Below are positions 1-12,980 of a DNA stretch of 64,000 nucleotides, piece by piece. Source of the stretch: Mobula hypostoma (lineage: Eukaryota). The translations under genes and the position numbers were made by a program. The notes under the pieces were generated by a model. It was not told the DNA's origin. It worked only from the letters and a program-made list of their open reading frames with translations, and searched no databases. Position 1 is the stretch's first letter. Every line of letters begins with the position of its first letter. The stretch covers positions 192,140,001 to 192,204,000 of the forward strand of contig NC_086097.1 in assembly GCF_963921235.1 (NCBI RefSeq). The letters are read 5' to 3'.

Positions 1-169
1 TAATCACTGAGATAGAAACTGAGATATGTAAATTGTGAGAATAAGAATAAGGATAAAGCAGAAAGAATAAACACGAATGGGGAATGTACGCAGTGTAGAA
101 AGCTATTGGCATGTTATAGATAGCTAAAGTTGACTAATTAATTTACTGAAGGTTGTGCTTTCCCAGCAG

Positions 170-330
170 GTGATAAGCCTGAGAATGAATCACAGGAAGA
201 GGAGCTGCAGATTACCAGTAAGAAGATTGTGGAAAAAGCTGTTCTGCAGGCTGTGCAGCAGTATACCCAAGAGAAAAAACAAAAGAAAAAGCCAGAAGCA
301 AAAAAGAGTTCACAATCTGCAATCATCTAA
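170..330 (+). CDS. Terminal coding exon of an AKAP7/AKAIN1-family PKA-anchoring protein (RII-binding amphipathic helix)
   Basis: Branch-point-like CTAAT (~134-138) and ttcccagcag acceptor, then an open frame (G)DKPENESQEEELQITSKKIVEKAVLQAVQQYTQEKKQKKKPEAKKSSQSAII* with TAA at 328-330. From memory it resembles AKAIN1 ([31 protein letters not shown]) and the AKAP7 last exon ([21 protein letters not shown]). It is absent from the ORF track because it has no ATG. Paralog not resolved. Confidence 0.85.
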
Positions 331-609
331 ATGTACTAAATGATAGGAAAGGAAGAACTCTAGGATTGAACTGCGACTGAAACCTGATAAAATGTGGAAC
401 ACCTTTACTCAATACACACCTTGTGGTCAGCTCTGTATTTGTGTATCAAGATGTAGATATTAGCCTCGGCCATGCAGACAGAATGAAGGGACTACGCCTG
501 TTGCAGACATTGAGAAAAGTTGTCCATTGAGATTTAAAGGGAAGCACATCACCTATTTCCCCTATTTCAAGACAGTTTTCAAAGTTCAAAGTAAATTTAT
601 TACCAAACT

Positions 610-733
610 GCACACACAGAATGCTGGAGGAACTCAGCAGCATCAATGGAAAAAAGCACAGGCGGACCTGCCAAATTCTTCCAGTATTTTGTGTGTGTTG
701 CTTGGATTTCTAGCATCTGCAGATTTTCTCTTG
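610..733. mobile_element. Miniature Penelope-like 3'-end fold-back insertion
   Basis: Two oppositely oriented pieces of the PLE 3' repeat flanked by a perfect 14-bp TSD TTTATTACCAAACT (596-609 and 734-747). Confidence 0.75.
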
Positions 734-1964
734 TTTATTACCAAACTACATATGTCACCATATACTGCAGCGCTCTGAGATTCATTTTCTTGTCAGCATT
801 CTCAATAAATCCCAATAACAGCAATAGAATCAATGAAAGACCACTGACAGGGATGATAACCAATGTGCAAAAGACATCAAACTCTCCTTACACAAAAGAA
901 AGAAGAAAAAGAAATAATAATAATAAATAAGCCGTAAGTATTGAGAATATGAGATGAAAAGTCCACAAAAGTGAGTCTAGAGTTTGTGGAAACAGGTCAG
1001 TGATGGGGCAAGTGAAGTTGAATGCAGCAGAATTAGGGGACCTGAGATCTCGTTTCTCTCTCCACAGACACTGCTGAATATTTGGGGATTTGTGCCAGTA
1101 AGTGAAGTAGGCTGAGTGGCAAAACAGATTGAAGAATTCTTACAAAAATCAAGCCAGGAAGTTAAATACAGGAATTATGAGCAACGTGTTAACATTTATA
1201 CGAAAAGCATATTAAGTTTGGGGCATATACATAGGATTGAGGAAAAAGATGAAATATGGTGATAAAACATAATGCTTTTATTACTTTAAACTCTTTCTCA
1301 GTTTTTTATGGGATAGAAAGAAACACATCCCACTCAGACATTCAACACGCCAGCGTTTTCAGTCTGACTTGGAGCAAGTCTACTTTGTCAAATCATTGAT
1401 TCAGTTGATAGCACAACCATTGAGGGCATTACTGATAGTAGCTTTGGGATGTATGGATGAAGATATGCATATTCAGATGCCAAAACTTGTTGTCTTTTCC
1501 ACTGTAATACCAGTGAATACAGATGGTATTGAGTGTTGCAAATTCTGGGCCAATAATTATGATTATACCCATATTGTATTGATAAATGATAGCTAATTTT
1601 TTAAAAATTGAATTGTACTGAATAATGTATACTGTTGTTCTTGATATGATTGATTAGTTTTATGATATAATAAAGGATAAACTATAAAACTTTTTTTCTT
1701 ATTCAGGATTCAAGGTTGTTTATTGTCATTTCCAGTACACAAGTGTAAGAGAAAGAAATATTTGTTAGTCAGATCCAATACAGTACAAAAATAAAACCAT
1801 TAAGATAAAAAAATACAACAATAAAAAATGAAATAAATATAAATAGATAAGATAGCTTATATACTTAGATTGATTGTATGTCTATAAAGTATATGTTGTG
1901 ATCATATAAGCTTTACATATAAACCTGAAGAAAGAGAAATTGTTTGAGTTGCCTTTTGAAATGA

Positions 1965-2022
1965 AATTGCTAAACAAAAGAGTGTATTTTTTCAATTGCT
2001 AAACAAAAGAGTGCATTTTTTC
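1965..2022. repeat. ~29-bp tandem duplication
   Basis: aattgctaaacaaaagagtg(t/c)attttttc occurs twice in tandem. Confidence 0.8.
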
Positions 2023-2369
2023 AACTCTGAGTAAAAGCTAATGCTAATGTAAAAAAAACATTATTGTATATTAGCCCTTTTTGCAGAGAACAATGTGAAC
2101 CATCCATACAGGACAGTTTAATATTTGAATTTTTTTTCTGCTGCAAAATTCTTATTTGTATGTGGCAGGTAGTCTCTGTGATTTTTTTGTAGCAAAATAG
2201 TAAAACATGTTCTTCAATAACTAATGTACTTCACATTTATATTACATATTAAACAAAGTAGAATTTATACGATATTTAATTGATTCACTACCAAACAAAG
2301 TTTAACCAAACCAGATAAGGATATATTAGAAGTTAAATTTTAAAATTAGCTTTAGAATTTAGTAATAGA

Positions 2370-2850
2370 TGTTTTGCCACGTAAGGAATAGTAACAATTA
2401 TATTGACTGGATCATGCCCTCAGTATTAATCAAAAAATTCCAAAACCTGGGTCTCTTTAACTCCGTCTGCAATTGGATGCTCGACTTCCTTACCTGGAGA
2501 CCACAGTCAATGCAGATCATTAATAACATTTCCTCCTCATTGACAATCAATATGTTTGCATCTCAAGGATACATGCTTAGCCCACTGCTCTACTCTCAAC
2601 ACTCATGAACGTTGGCTAAGTACAGCTCAAATGCTATCTATTGATCTTATGATGTCATCACAGCTTTTGGTAGAATATCAGATGGTGACAAGGAGAGATA
2701 CAGGAGGGAGATAGATTGGTTGATTGAATGGTGACACAACAACAACATTTCAGTCAATGCCAGCGAGGCTAAGGAATTGATTCTGGACTTCAGGAAGGAG
2801 ATATCAAAAGAATGTGCACCAGTCTTCATTGAGGGGTCACTGCTGGAATT
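2370..2850 (+). mobile_element. Degenerate Rex1/Babar-type LINE RT fragment
   Basis: Translation IMPSVLIKKFQNLGL..CNWMLDFLTWRPQ..SQGYMLSPLLYS parallels the younger copy at 14.8-16.5 kb. Confidence 0.7.
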
Positions 2851-4299
2851 TATAATAATTTTATATCTATGCACTGTTGATAGTGATCACTCGAATTGAG
2901 TAAGCTGTCCTCCTGAGGGGTTTGGGGGAAATGTGAATTAGGTATCTGAATGGCATGACCTATTCATTGGGGTTGATGTTGTGGTGGAAATGCTCTTCAC
3001 GTTGGCCTCTTCCTCAGTCCTTCCAGCTCATCCTCAAAATCCTTCATAAGGTTCTTTGGTGGGATCGTTGAAGGGCTTTCAAGGGTCTACTGTAGGTGGT
3101 CCATGATTCAGCTTCATACAGTATTGCAGGAAGGATGACTGCTCTTTCGACCAAAAATATAGTTTGGACCTGTAGGTTGTGGTCTTCAAAGACACTTTTC
3201 TTTAATCTTGCTCCACCAGCACTACTCAGAGGTTGATGTGAGTTGATGTCTGCTTTTGAGGAGAGAATGCAGCCAAGGTAGGGAATGCAGTCTACATTTT
3301 CAAGGGCAATATTGACACTTTTATGGAGGGCTGGATAACTGGCAGGTTGGGCAATGGCTAATACAGGACCTGTGTCTTTTTTATATTCAAAACAAAACTC
3401 ATGGCCCTATATGCCTTGGCATTTCGGATGCATTGGAGTTCTTCAAAATGTGCTGCAATGGTGATATCATCTACATACTGAAGCCCTGTAATAGTGGTGA
3501 TGCTGACCTTGTTCTTGTCCTTGAACCAGTTGAGGTTGAAAAGCCTGTTGTCCATTTTATAGATAACTGGGATTCCCTGTAGCAGGTCTTGGCCAATGAG
3601 CTGAAAAGTGGCAACAATAAAGTTGGCAAATAGGGTGGGTACAATGATACAGCCTGTTTAATTCCTTTCTTGACAATGAAGGGTTCTGATTCAGCGCCAC
3701 TGTTGCTGAATACTGTGACCTTCATGCAATAACCTTAGTATTCATAAGTCAGAACAGCACTATCTTGATAGTACACATCAGATCAAATGCCTGTGTCATA
3801 TCTATGAAGGCCAAGTTCAAGGGTTGCCTTTGTTCATGGCATTTTTCCTGTAATTGGCAGGCTGTGAAGATCATGCCTATAGTAACTCTAGATAGGTAGA
3901 AACCACACTGTGATTCAGGGAGTGCTACTTCAGATAGCAGGAGTTGGTTGACAAGGATATACACAAGTATTTTGCCTGTTGTTGACAGGAGGGAGAGCCT
4001 CTGTAATTGTTTCAATCTGGTTTGTCTTCCTACTTGAATATGGTCACTATTAGATAATCCTTGAGTTCTGAAGGCGGTTGTTCCTTTTCTCATACCTTCA
4101 GCAGCAAGACACGTATTTGGTGTTGGTCCAGTTCCTTAAGGACCTCTGCTGGGATCCTGTCAGAACCAATGGTTTTGTTGCTTTTCAGGCTTCTGATAAC
4201 ATCATAGACCTCTTTCAGACTGGGAGGTTCTCACATGTCTTCACTTACAGGTCTTTGGAGGGTTTGCATAGTAACCTCTGAGTGCTGTTGTGGTTAAGA

Positions 4300-5838
4300 C
4301 AGGGATCCCCAACCTTTTTTGCACTGCGGACCGGTATAATAATGTCAATATTCTTGTGGACCGGCCGACTGGGGGAGGGTGGTTGTGGGGGTGGGGGGTG
4401 TTAATCACGATCGGAATATAGGTGAAGCTATAAGTCACTTATAAGTGGCTAATAATGCACTCAATTTTGTTTCTAAAGGGTTTATCTAACGAATTTAATA
4501 TTAAACACACAGCGTGTATTTTCCTCCCATGAATATAGTGATGTCAATTATAAGTCACTTATAACTCAATAGCATCACAACATTATAAGTAATGTTTGGA
4601 TATTAAACACACAGCGCATATTTTCCTCGTATGAACATATAAAATCATTGCAACACACCAATATCCCTGAATCATTGGGAGCCCTGGGCTTGTTTCCCTG
4701 CAACAAGACGGTCCCATCGAGGGGTGATGGGAGACAGCGATACTCAAAGGGGGTTCCTTATGTCCAGTCTATTCCGCAACTGAATTTTCATTGCATTCAC
4801 TGCAGAAAACCCTGCTTCGCAGAGATATGATGTTGGAAATGGAAGCACCATTTTCAGTCCTTTGGTGGAGATCTCAGGATATTCAGCCTTGACTTTGATC
4901 CAGAATGCCGGCAGAGATGTTATGTCAAATATACTTTTCAGCCCACTGTCATTTGCAAGCTCAAGTAGTTGATCTTCTTCTCGTGCCGACATGGATAATT
5001 CACCGGGGACATTCACAAATGGGTCACGGACCCATTCCCTTGCATGTCTTGGGTCATTTGCGGTTGGGAAGTAACGCTCGAATTCTATCCACAGCGAAGT
5101 TAGGTCGCGCACCAGCTGTGAGAAAGACGGTGCAGCCTCAGTCTCTCCCAAAATCCCAGCTAATGTTGGGAACATGTCAAATATGCCACTGTCCACTCGC
5201 CGTCCACACATTTCCAGTTTGGCTTTGAAAGCAGACACTTTATCTGCCAACTTGAAGACAGTTGTCATTCTCCCCTGAAGTGACAAATGGAATTCATTGA
5301 GCAGGTTGAAGATGTCACACGGATAAGCCAGTTTTGCTATCCACTCCTCGTCACTGAAGTGTGCTGCCAGTGGTGACTTTTTTCCTGAAAGAAATCTCTG
5401 TAGCGATTAGACAGCTTGTCTCCACATATCACACACCAGGGGTTGGGAGCATGCGAGTCACCAGTCGCAATAAAGCCATATTTTAAGTACAACTCGTCGT
5501 ATTATCTGTTGAAGGAAGCTTTCTTTTTTTGCAGTCTCTGCCTCAGCTGCCTCTGCGTTATCATCATCGTTAGGCCTTTTTTGACCTTTTCCAAAGAAAC
5601 TCTCAAGCGACGTTTGTTTTGTACTCATACCAACTGGTGACCTCACGTGGGTAATGACCTCATGTGCGTAATGACCTCGCATGCGCTGAAGCTCAACAGT
5701 GGGCGTGACAAGGAATGAGGAAAGGTGCAGCTGACCTATACTGCTTCATATCGCCAAATCATATTGTTTCCCTGCGGCCTGTTAGCACATGCTTTGCAGC
5801 CTGGTACTGGTCCGCGGCCCAGTGGTTGGGGACCACTG
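4300..5838 (-). mobile_element. Internally deleted hAT (Charlie/Buster group) DNA transposon
   Basis: TIRs CAGGGATCCCCAACC ... GGTTGGGGACCACTG, with a near 8-bp TSD (ggttaaga / ggtaagaa). The transposase N-terminus (MSTKQTSLESFF..YLKYGF..CVICG) is joined at ~5400 to the C-terminus. Confidence 0.9.
4744..5400 (-). pseudogene. hAT transposase C-terminal fragment with hATC dimerisation domain
   Basis: SLQGRMTTVFKLADKVSAFKAKL..FWIKVKAEYPEIS..LPFPTSYLCEAGFSA..KIQLRNRL. Confidence 0.88.
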
Positions 5839-7834
5839 GGTAAGAAATTCTTGAAAGTGCTCTCTCCATTGATTTTTTTAATATATATTATTTGTTTTTT
5901 TTACATGATTTTTGATTTATTCAATATACATATACTGTAATTGATTTACTTATTTTTAATTATTATTATATTTTATTTTTTTCATCTTCTATGTTATGTA
6001 TTGCATTGAACTGCTGCTGCTAAGTTAACAAATTTCATGACACATGCCGGTGATAATAAACCTGATTCTGATTCTGAATTGTTGATATCCTTCCAATTCT
6101 TTAACAAATTGTTCTTGTTCTTGGAGTGTAGGGTATGTAATTTGAAGCATCTTGGATCAAAGACTGCTTTGGTGGTATCGAAGAAGTCTCTCATGTCACC
6201 AGAAACTGTCAGTCTCTGGATTTCCAGAGTTTTCTCAGACCACCAAGAATTCTTTTGCTTTCTCACCATGTGCTGGACTTATGCCTTGGCTCTGGAGTAA
6301 GCTTCTCTTTCGGCCTTGCTGCTGAAGTCATTTTGTCAGGAATAAAAAGCTTTTCTTTTCTTGAAGATGAGTTGTTCTACCTCCATGCTCTTATCAACAA
6401 ATGAATCCTGATGTTTTCTGGACCTATGGCCAAAGATATTTTTACAGGTATCAAGGGTGGTGGATTTAAACAGACCCCAGTGTTCTTCTGTGCCCTCTGG
6501 ATATTCCAGTAGGAAGTTTTCTCTAACGTGGCCTGAAGGTGCTGTTTGGTGGCTGTGTCAAGCACGCTCTTAAGTTTTAGTGTTAGCCTGGTCTGCTTCT
6601 TATGATTCCTCCTCTTTTTTCATGAAGCTGATGGACATGGTGGAATGGATCAGGTGATGATCTGTTCAGCAGTCATCTGTGCCCTTGTGGTATTCACATC
6701 ATGGCGGTCCCTAGCTCAGAGCCAATGAAATGCCACTGTTTAGATCAGGGGTGCTGCCAAGATGCCTTGAAGTTGTTTTCTTCTGCCGGAAGAGAACTTG
6801 TGATGATAAGATTGTTCTCAGCACATATGGTGAGAAGCGGTATTCCACTGGAGATGATGCTGCTTATGTCTTCCTTTCCTGTGGCACTCTACAAAAGGAT
6901 GAAGACTTGACTGACTGTGGCATTGAGGTTTCCTGAGAGTATTATCTTATCCTCATGTCTAGACAAATGTAGAAGGCTTCTTTTTCATACTTATGTGAGA
7001 AGAGATGGTGTGTAAACACTCACGTGGTTGTTGGTAAGAACAAAACATGTTATTTTTAGGGCATCTTTTCCAGCACCTTCCCTGAATGGGGTGAACAGAG
7101 TGGATCCTAAGTAGGGCTGCTTAGCCATGGGTGCAGCTGATGAATGGCTCTTTCTGCCTCAGTCCAACAGTTCAGCGACTGACTCAAACAATCACTGCCC
7201 AGTGTGCCCTCTCAGGACTAGGGGCTTCCAGGCCTCACGATTCTGCCCCCTTTGCCACTTGCTGACTACTATGGGATTTACTCCAGGATGTTAGGATGGA
7301 TTCTCTTCATGGAGAATGCTTGTGTGTGACTTTGTTTAACGTGGGGAGGCTGACGCACAGGCAGCCACCACACAGACCTTGGCAGATCGGGGTCAGTGTC
7401 CAGTGGCATGAGAGCAAGGTGAGTGGGAACCCTTCACTGCTGCAGCCTTCCTCCACCCTCAATGGCATTGTGATGTGTCATCATCTTTCACCTGCTCCAC
7501 AGCTGAGGTCTTGGTTGGATTGCTCTTTGCCTGGAACCTCTCCCTTGACCTTTCCAGCATGGGTGACCATACCAGGTGCTAAACTCCAGACGGCATCGTT
7601 CTTGTGATCTCAGGAGCTCACAAGCCTCTTTGCCATGATAAGGTGACGAACATTTGCAAAGCTTTGTACTGTACTGCAGCTGCTAAACAAAAATTTTCAC
7701 AGCACATAATTCAACTAATGATAAGTCTAATTCTGATTCTGATAAGTTAAAATATATTTTTATTCGGGTGATTTATAGGAGATTAATTTCACAATTCTGT
7801 CCCTTAGTTTGCTCAGTCTTTAGGTGGAGTTATA

Positions 7835-8050
7835 CATAGAAACATAGAAATCTATAGCACATTTCAGGCCCTTCATCCCACAATGTTGTGCCAGCCATGT
7901 AACCTACACCAGCAGCTGCCTAGAATTTCCCTACCACATAGCCCTCTAATTTTCTAAGCCCCATGTACCCAGCTAAGAGTCTCTCAGAAGACCCTGTTGT
8001 ATCGGCCTCTACCACCTTTGCTGGCAGTGCATTCCACGCACCCACCACGC
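7835..8050 (-). mobile_element. CR1 LINE 3' end fragment
   Basis: (ACATAGAA)n tail and 3' UTR shared with the copies at 29.5 kb and 62.9 kb. Confidence 0.65.
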
Positions 8051-8775
8051 TCTCTCTTATTTCGTCTGTGTATTGCTTTACCTGTCAAATTAAGTTAACC
8101 ATTTTCCCCCAAAGATAAGAATATTTGGCAAGACTTTCCAAGTAAATTTTAGAGCCACAGAATGACACAGGTTCTAAGCAATCCAGCCAAAAATGTCAAG
8201 GGTTCATCAACCCATCAGCATTTCAGGTAAGTGGCAAGCATTATGACTATTAAATTGAGAAGAGAAGGTAGGTCTGGGTGGGCTAATCCATCACTCTCAA
8301 AAATATCATTCCTTCTACTGCATTTGCAAGCTGTTTCTCCACTTCTAGTAGGATCTGAACACTTCTTTTCTAAACCAAAGCAGGTGACTACTTTTATGAC
8401 CTATACACGAAACAATTTTCATTTCATTATTCTGTCTTTATCAGGAATCTCTGGCACTCTGGTATTCAGGAACGTCGGAGATGGAAGGAAGCTTCATTGC
8501 TGTGCCTGGCAGACCTGAGATTTGGTAGATTGGGGTTAGACACCCCAGAGTTTGATGACAATTGAACTGGTGTGCTGGTGGTGAGTGGTGAGAGAGGGGT
8601 TGGGGTATCCTTGTAAGTACTGAATAGTACAGAGTGAGAGAGAATGGAGATATTCACAGCATTTTGGGGTTAAAACATGTTGTCAATTTTGTCACATTGA
8701 TGACTTCCTGATGGTACCTTTAACCAGAAAGGAAAAATGTTGATTTGATGGCACTTTGAAATACAGGCTATCAAG

Positions 8776-9334
8776 TGTGGTGGTGTAGTAGAATTAGTTC
8801 TTTCCCTTTTACATTAGCTATAAAATGGCTGAATATGTTAACACAATGGCTGAGTTAAGTTTTTTACGCTTTGGTTAGAGGTTGGCTGTCTGATAGGATT
8901 TACATGGTGGTGAAGTTAAGTAAGACTCTGAACAGTATAACATTAAGGTATTTTTTAGTGCAGATTGGATATCTCAATGTGCTGGCAACCTTGATATCAC
9001 ATCATATCTCGTCGAAACGTAGGGTTCACTGGCTGCTCAGACTGAGTGGTGGAAAGTATGTGAGCCATGCTGCTGATGTTAATTGCTGATAAATATTACC
9101 ATGAATTAACTGCATGCAATCTTGAGTTTAGTTTATTTATCAAGAATCAAGTAAAGAAGCTTAAATTTTCTTTTTTTCAGATTTATATCTGTCTGTAAAA
9201 GTTGAATTAGATTTGTAGCTACTGTAAGTGTTAAACAAAATTACTTGAGTTACTAATTTCTTTGTCATTTTGGTTAAGAGCTAAATAAAGCTATGTAATC
9301 AGACTATCAGGAAACTTGAACTCTATTTTGAACA
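8776..9334 (+). repeat. 5' LTR of the class III ERV
   Basis: TG..CA termini; colinear with 19916-20609 (shared aaatggctgaatatgtt, gcatgcaa(t/c)cttgagttt, aagagctaa(a/g)taaag); AATAAA at ~9284. Confidence 0.75.
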
Positions 9335-9337
9335 AAC

Positions 9338-9362
9338 TGGCATACGTGGTTGGCAAGGTTTC
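9338..9362 (+). promoter_or_regulatory. Degenerate primer-binding site, probably tRNA-Ser
   Basis: tggcatacgtggttggcaaggtttc begins 4 nt after the LTR and resembles TGGCGTAGTCGGCAGGATTC with an insertion and substitutions. Confidence 0.45.
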
Positions 9363-9628
9363 ACTCTGAGCAGGTGTTTCACTCACAGCAAAATTTCAGG
9401 GAAAGAAAGATGACAACAGGCCGGAGGAGGTTTTATTTTCTGAGTGGGCAGATAATCTGAAGGTCTTGATGCTCTTACCAATTCATTAGCCAGAAGACAT
9501 GAGCCAAAGTCACGGGGATCTCGACTGTTTATAGGGGGAAGAGGTAATAGCTCATTGGATTGCACAGCTGTTGTGGGAGGTGGGCTTAAAAAGGACACCA
9601 CTCGGGCTGCACTTTGGATGTCTATGGA

Positions 9629-10234
9629 TGTACCAAAGTGTGACCCTCGGTTCAGCTCGCGGCTTAAACTAAGGGATGATAGCCTCTGGCCCGGCCAAAC
9701 TTAAGAAACCTTATTTGAGTGGTTGCTGTGCAATGTGTCCCCTGTTACAAATCAGTATCACGAAATAACAAACAGTACACAATATGCATTAAATAATTAA
9801 GCTTTATAAATCTTAATTTGACTATGTAGTTAGTAAAGAAACAAAAAAAAGAAAAGGGTCCATTCTCATGAAACAGTCTAATGCGCAAATGTTGGAGCTC
9901 ACAGTGTCATCCATTTGTTCCTGTTGTCCTCCTCCGAGCGCAGCCGACCCTCGGACCCTCGATCCTCAGTCCACTCCGTCCGACAGTCTACCAACTCTCT
10001 CCTTTCGCATCCTCTCTCTTCATCTCTCCCCGACAAAAGACCGCAAAGATCCCTCTTCTAGACCCACAAGAAAGAACAACACTCCTCTCATTGGCTAAGA
10101 TACATTCCAAAGTCCCTGTTATCTCTAGTCATAACCTAAACATTGCTGCTACAGAGAAACCATTACCTTACCTTAGCAGTGAAACATTACAGAGGGGCCA
10201 TTACATTAGCAGTGAAACCTTACTGAGTGTTACA
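9629..10234. mobile_element. Solo-LTR-like insertion in the ERV leader
   Basis: Termini TGTACCA..TGTTACA with a perfect 6-bp TSD TATGGA (9623-9628 and 10235-10240). CpGs are retained, so it is younger than the host ERV. Confidence 0.7.
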
Positions 10235-12532
10235 TATGGATAGAGAGCAACTAATAAGTACCTTCGAAAAAGAAGTTTCCAGATTGAAAGGTGAATTGCA
10301 GAAGAAGGAGAGACGATGAATGCATGAGAAACTATCTACACAGCCCAAGAATGGCCTGAAGAAGCTGAACAGTCAGGAGCCATGCTGGTCTGCTGACTGG
10401 CAGTGGCTAGACAAAATGACAGAGAAAGTTGATTCTAACCCAGATCCAATGAACGGGTGTGTTATCATGGAAAAGGGCTGGAGCCTGGACACTATCTAGT
10501 CTGTCTATTACAAAGACAATTGGATCAATCCATTGATTGCGTACATGAGGAGGGGGAGGGAGGGGAATAGTGAGCATCCTTACCAGAGCTGTCCCCTCAG
10601 AACTGTAGTAAAGAAACGTGGGAGAAATGGGGCAGGGTGAGTGGGGAACATGGTGAAGTTAAGCATGAGGATGACCAGAAACAGCAAACACCCCAGTGGC
10701 ATGCTCAGTGGTGGCAGCTCATCAGTCAGGACCAAAGTGGAACGTAGTTGAGAGTTTGTGCAACAGATTTTGTCAGCAGAGAGGGAGTCACTTACTGCCT
10801 CTCCAAACTGAATCTGGGATTTAGGCGGGGATGAGGTTGAACTGTCAGCTGCAAAGTATCTATGCGAGGTGCATCAGTATACATGACAGGATCAATGCAG
10901 CTATATGGGATGGGGCAGCAACAGTGTTCTTGTTCAGCCAGGTGGTGCACACCATCTGGCATCATCATCCTAGCCCAATAGACCGGCATAGAAATCCTGC
11001 AGAGTGGAATACACATGAGCAAGGTGTGCAGACATTCAAAGAACCTTATATGAGGACAAGCTGACAGGCCCAAACCAAGCCTCTTTCACCCAGCAAATCC
11101 AAGTGAGGCCAGTAGAATCGGAGGGGTTATGTTGACACTAACTACCTTTGTGCTAAGAAAATTAATAGAGGAAATGGCATTTGGTTTGGGAACACGACAG
11201 TGGGAAAGAGTAAGATGCGACCTGTTAGGGAAGCACCCACATGTAAACAAGAGACAGCAAGTGGCAAAAAGCTGTTCAGAGAGATCAAAGGGGAAATCAC
11301 TAAAGCATCCCCAAGACCATTCACAAAGAAATGTTTCTAGCCCTGATGAAGGTGGGGGAGCCAAAAGAGAAGATAATTGGAATTATTACCACAACGCATG
11401 CCATGTGGAAGGAAAATGTGGGCAGAGGGATACAAGGATAACACCTTCTTCCCACCCCTCCCCCACCCAACCGCAGATGTGTCACACTACCCCTCCCAGG
11501 AGAAGCCGGTACAGATTTCTCAGAAACTGGAGTAGGAACAGCTATGACAGAATCAAAAAGTGAATGGAAGGTGAGTCAGCCTGTCCTCTAGACGTCAACC
11601 ATAGACCCTGTCTGTACACAGGATTTCTCAAACCCCGATGGGGTCCAAATGCTGCATGACCCAGTTACTATTTTAGGGGGGAAGGGAAACCAACAGTGAC
11701 TGATGGGATTATCAGACACCTGTGCTGAGCGTATTAGGGAAAACAAAAACCGGTAGAGGGACTCAGAGGAGAACTGATACCGGCGACAGAGGTACAGATG
11801 ATGTTATCAGTGGATAATGGCCCCAGAATGTGAGCCCAGTTATTGGTGTGCCAATGCCAGAAATGATTTTGGGAATGAATATGCTTCACAGCATGAATAG
11901 GAAAATTTAGAAGGTCAGTGCCTTTATAGTGGGAGAAGCCTATAAATTGAGCTTTTGCATATACTCTCACCTGATCAGGTGGTTTTTCAAAAACAGTGCA
12001 GGATACCAGAGTGACAAAAAATTACAGCAACCTTTAGGGAATTTAAGGTAACATGGCTGGTAAGGCTAGCCATATTATAGTACAATGGCCCAGTAAGGAA
12101 ATCGGATGGGAGCTGACACATAAATGCTGACTATTGACAGTTAAGTGAGTATGCATTGCCCTTAGCTTCAGCAGTGCCAGATATTGCTACCCTGAAGGAA
12201 AACATGTTGGACGCAGGAAGAACACACATTATTGACCTGTCTAATGCCTTTTTCTCTATTCCTTTGGGGATGTGAGTTCACAGAATCAGTTTGCCTTCAC
12301 CAGAGAGAGGAAGCAATACACATTTACTAGACTCCTGAAAGGTATGTTTACATTCCAACCTTGTGTCATTCCTTGTTAGCTCAGGACCTGGAGCAACGTT
12401 CCCTCTCGTCCAACATACAGGTTACACATTCAATCGATGATAATTTACTCAGGGGCCCCATAGACGGAGAAGCTTGGTGGAATCTCTTCTACTTCAAGTT
12501 TAAGCTCAATTGTCATTCAACCATACACATGA

Positions 12533-12980
12533 TTAAGAACATAAGAAATAGGAGCAGGATAGGTTATCTGGTCCATTGAGCTTCCTCCGCCATTCAATAA
12601 GATCATGACTGATCTGGCCATGGACTCATCTCCACCGACCTGCCTTTTCCCCATAACCCTTAATTTCCCTACTATGCAAAAATCTATCCAACCTTGTCTT
12701 AAATATATTTAACGAGGTAGCCTCCACTGCTTCATTGGGCAGAGAATTCCACAGATTCACAGCTCTTTGGGAAAAAGCAGTTCCTCCTCATCTCCATCTT
12801 AAATCTACTCCACCAAGTCTTGAGGCTATGAGCACTAATTCCAATCTCACCTACCAGTGGAAACAACTTTCCTGCCTCTGTCTTATCTATCCTTTTATAA
12901 TTTTATATGCTCCAATAAGATCTCCTCTCATTCTTCTGAGTTCCAGCGAGTACAGTTCTAGGTGATTCAATCTCTCCTTT
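12533..12980 (-). mobile_element. CR1 LINE 3' fragment inserted in ERV pol
   Basis: ERLNHLELYSLELRRMRGDLIGAYKIIKG and a (AAGAACAT)-type tail. Confidence 0.75.

Larger units (their letters stand above)
2885..7640 (-). mobile_element. Decayed RTE-clade LINE interrupted by a hAT element
   Basis: Minus-strand fragments LLSTTGKILVYILVNQL..LPESQCGF..MIFTACQLQEKCHEQ..AFIDMTQAFD and LQYVDD are typical RTE RT motifs. Boundaries are approximate. Confidence 0.75.

Noticed and set aside
155..343. 62-aa ORF-track call overlapping the first exon
   Set aside because: Wrong frame; the recognisable AKAP helix is in the frame ending at TAA 328-330.
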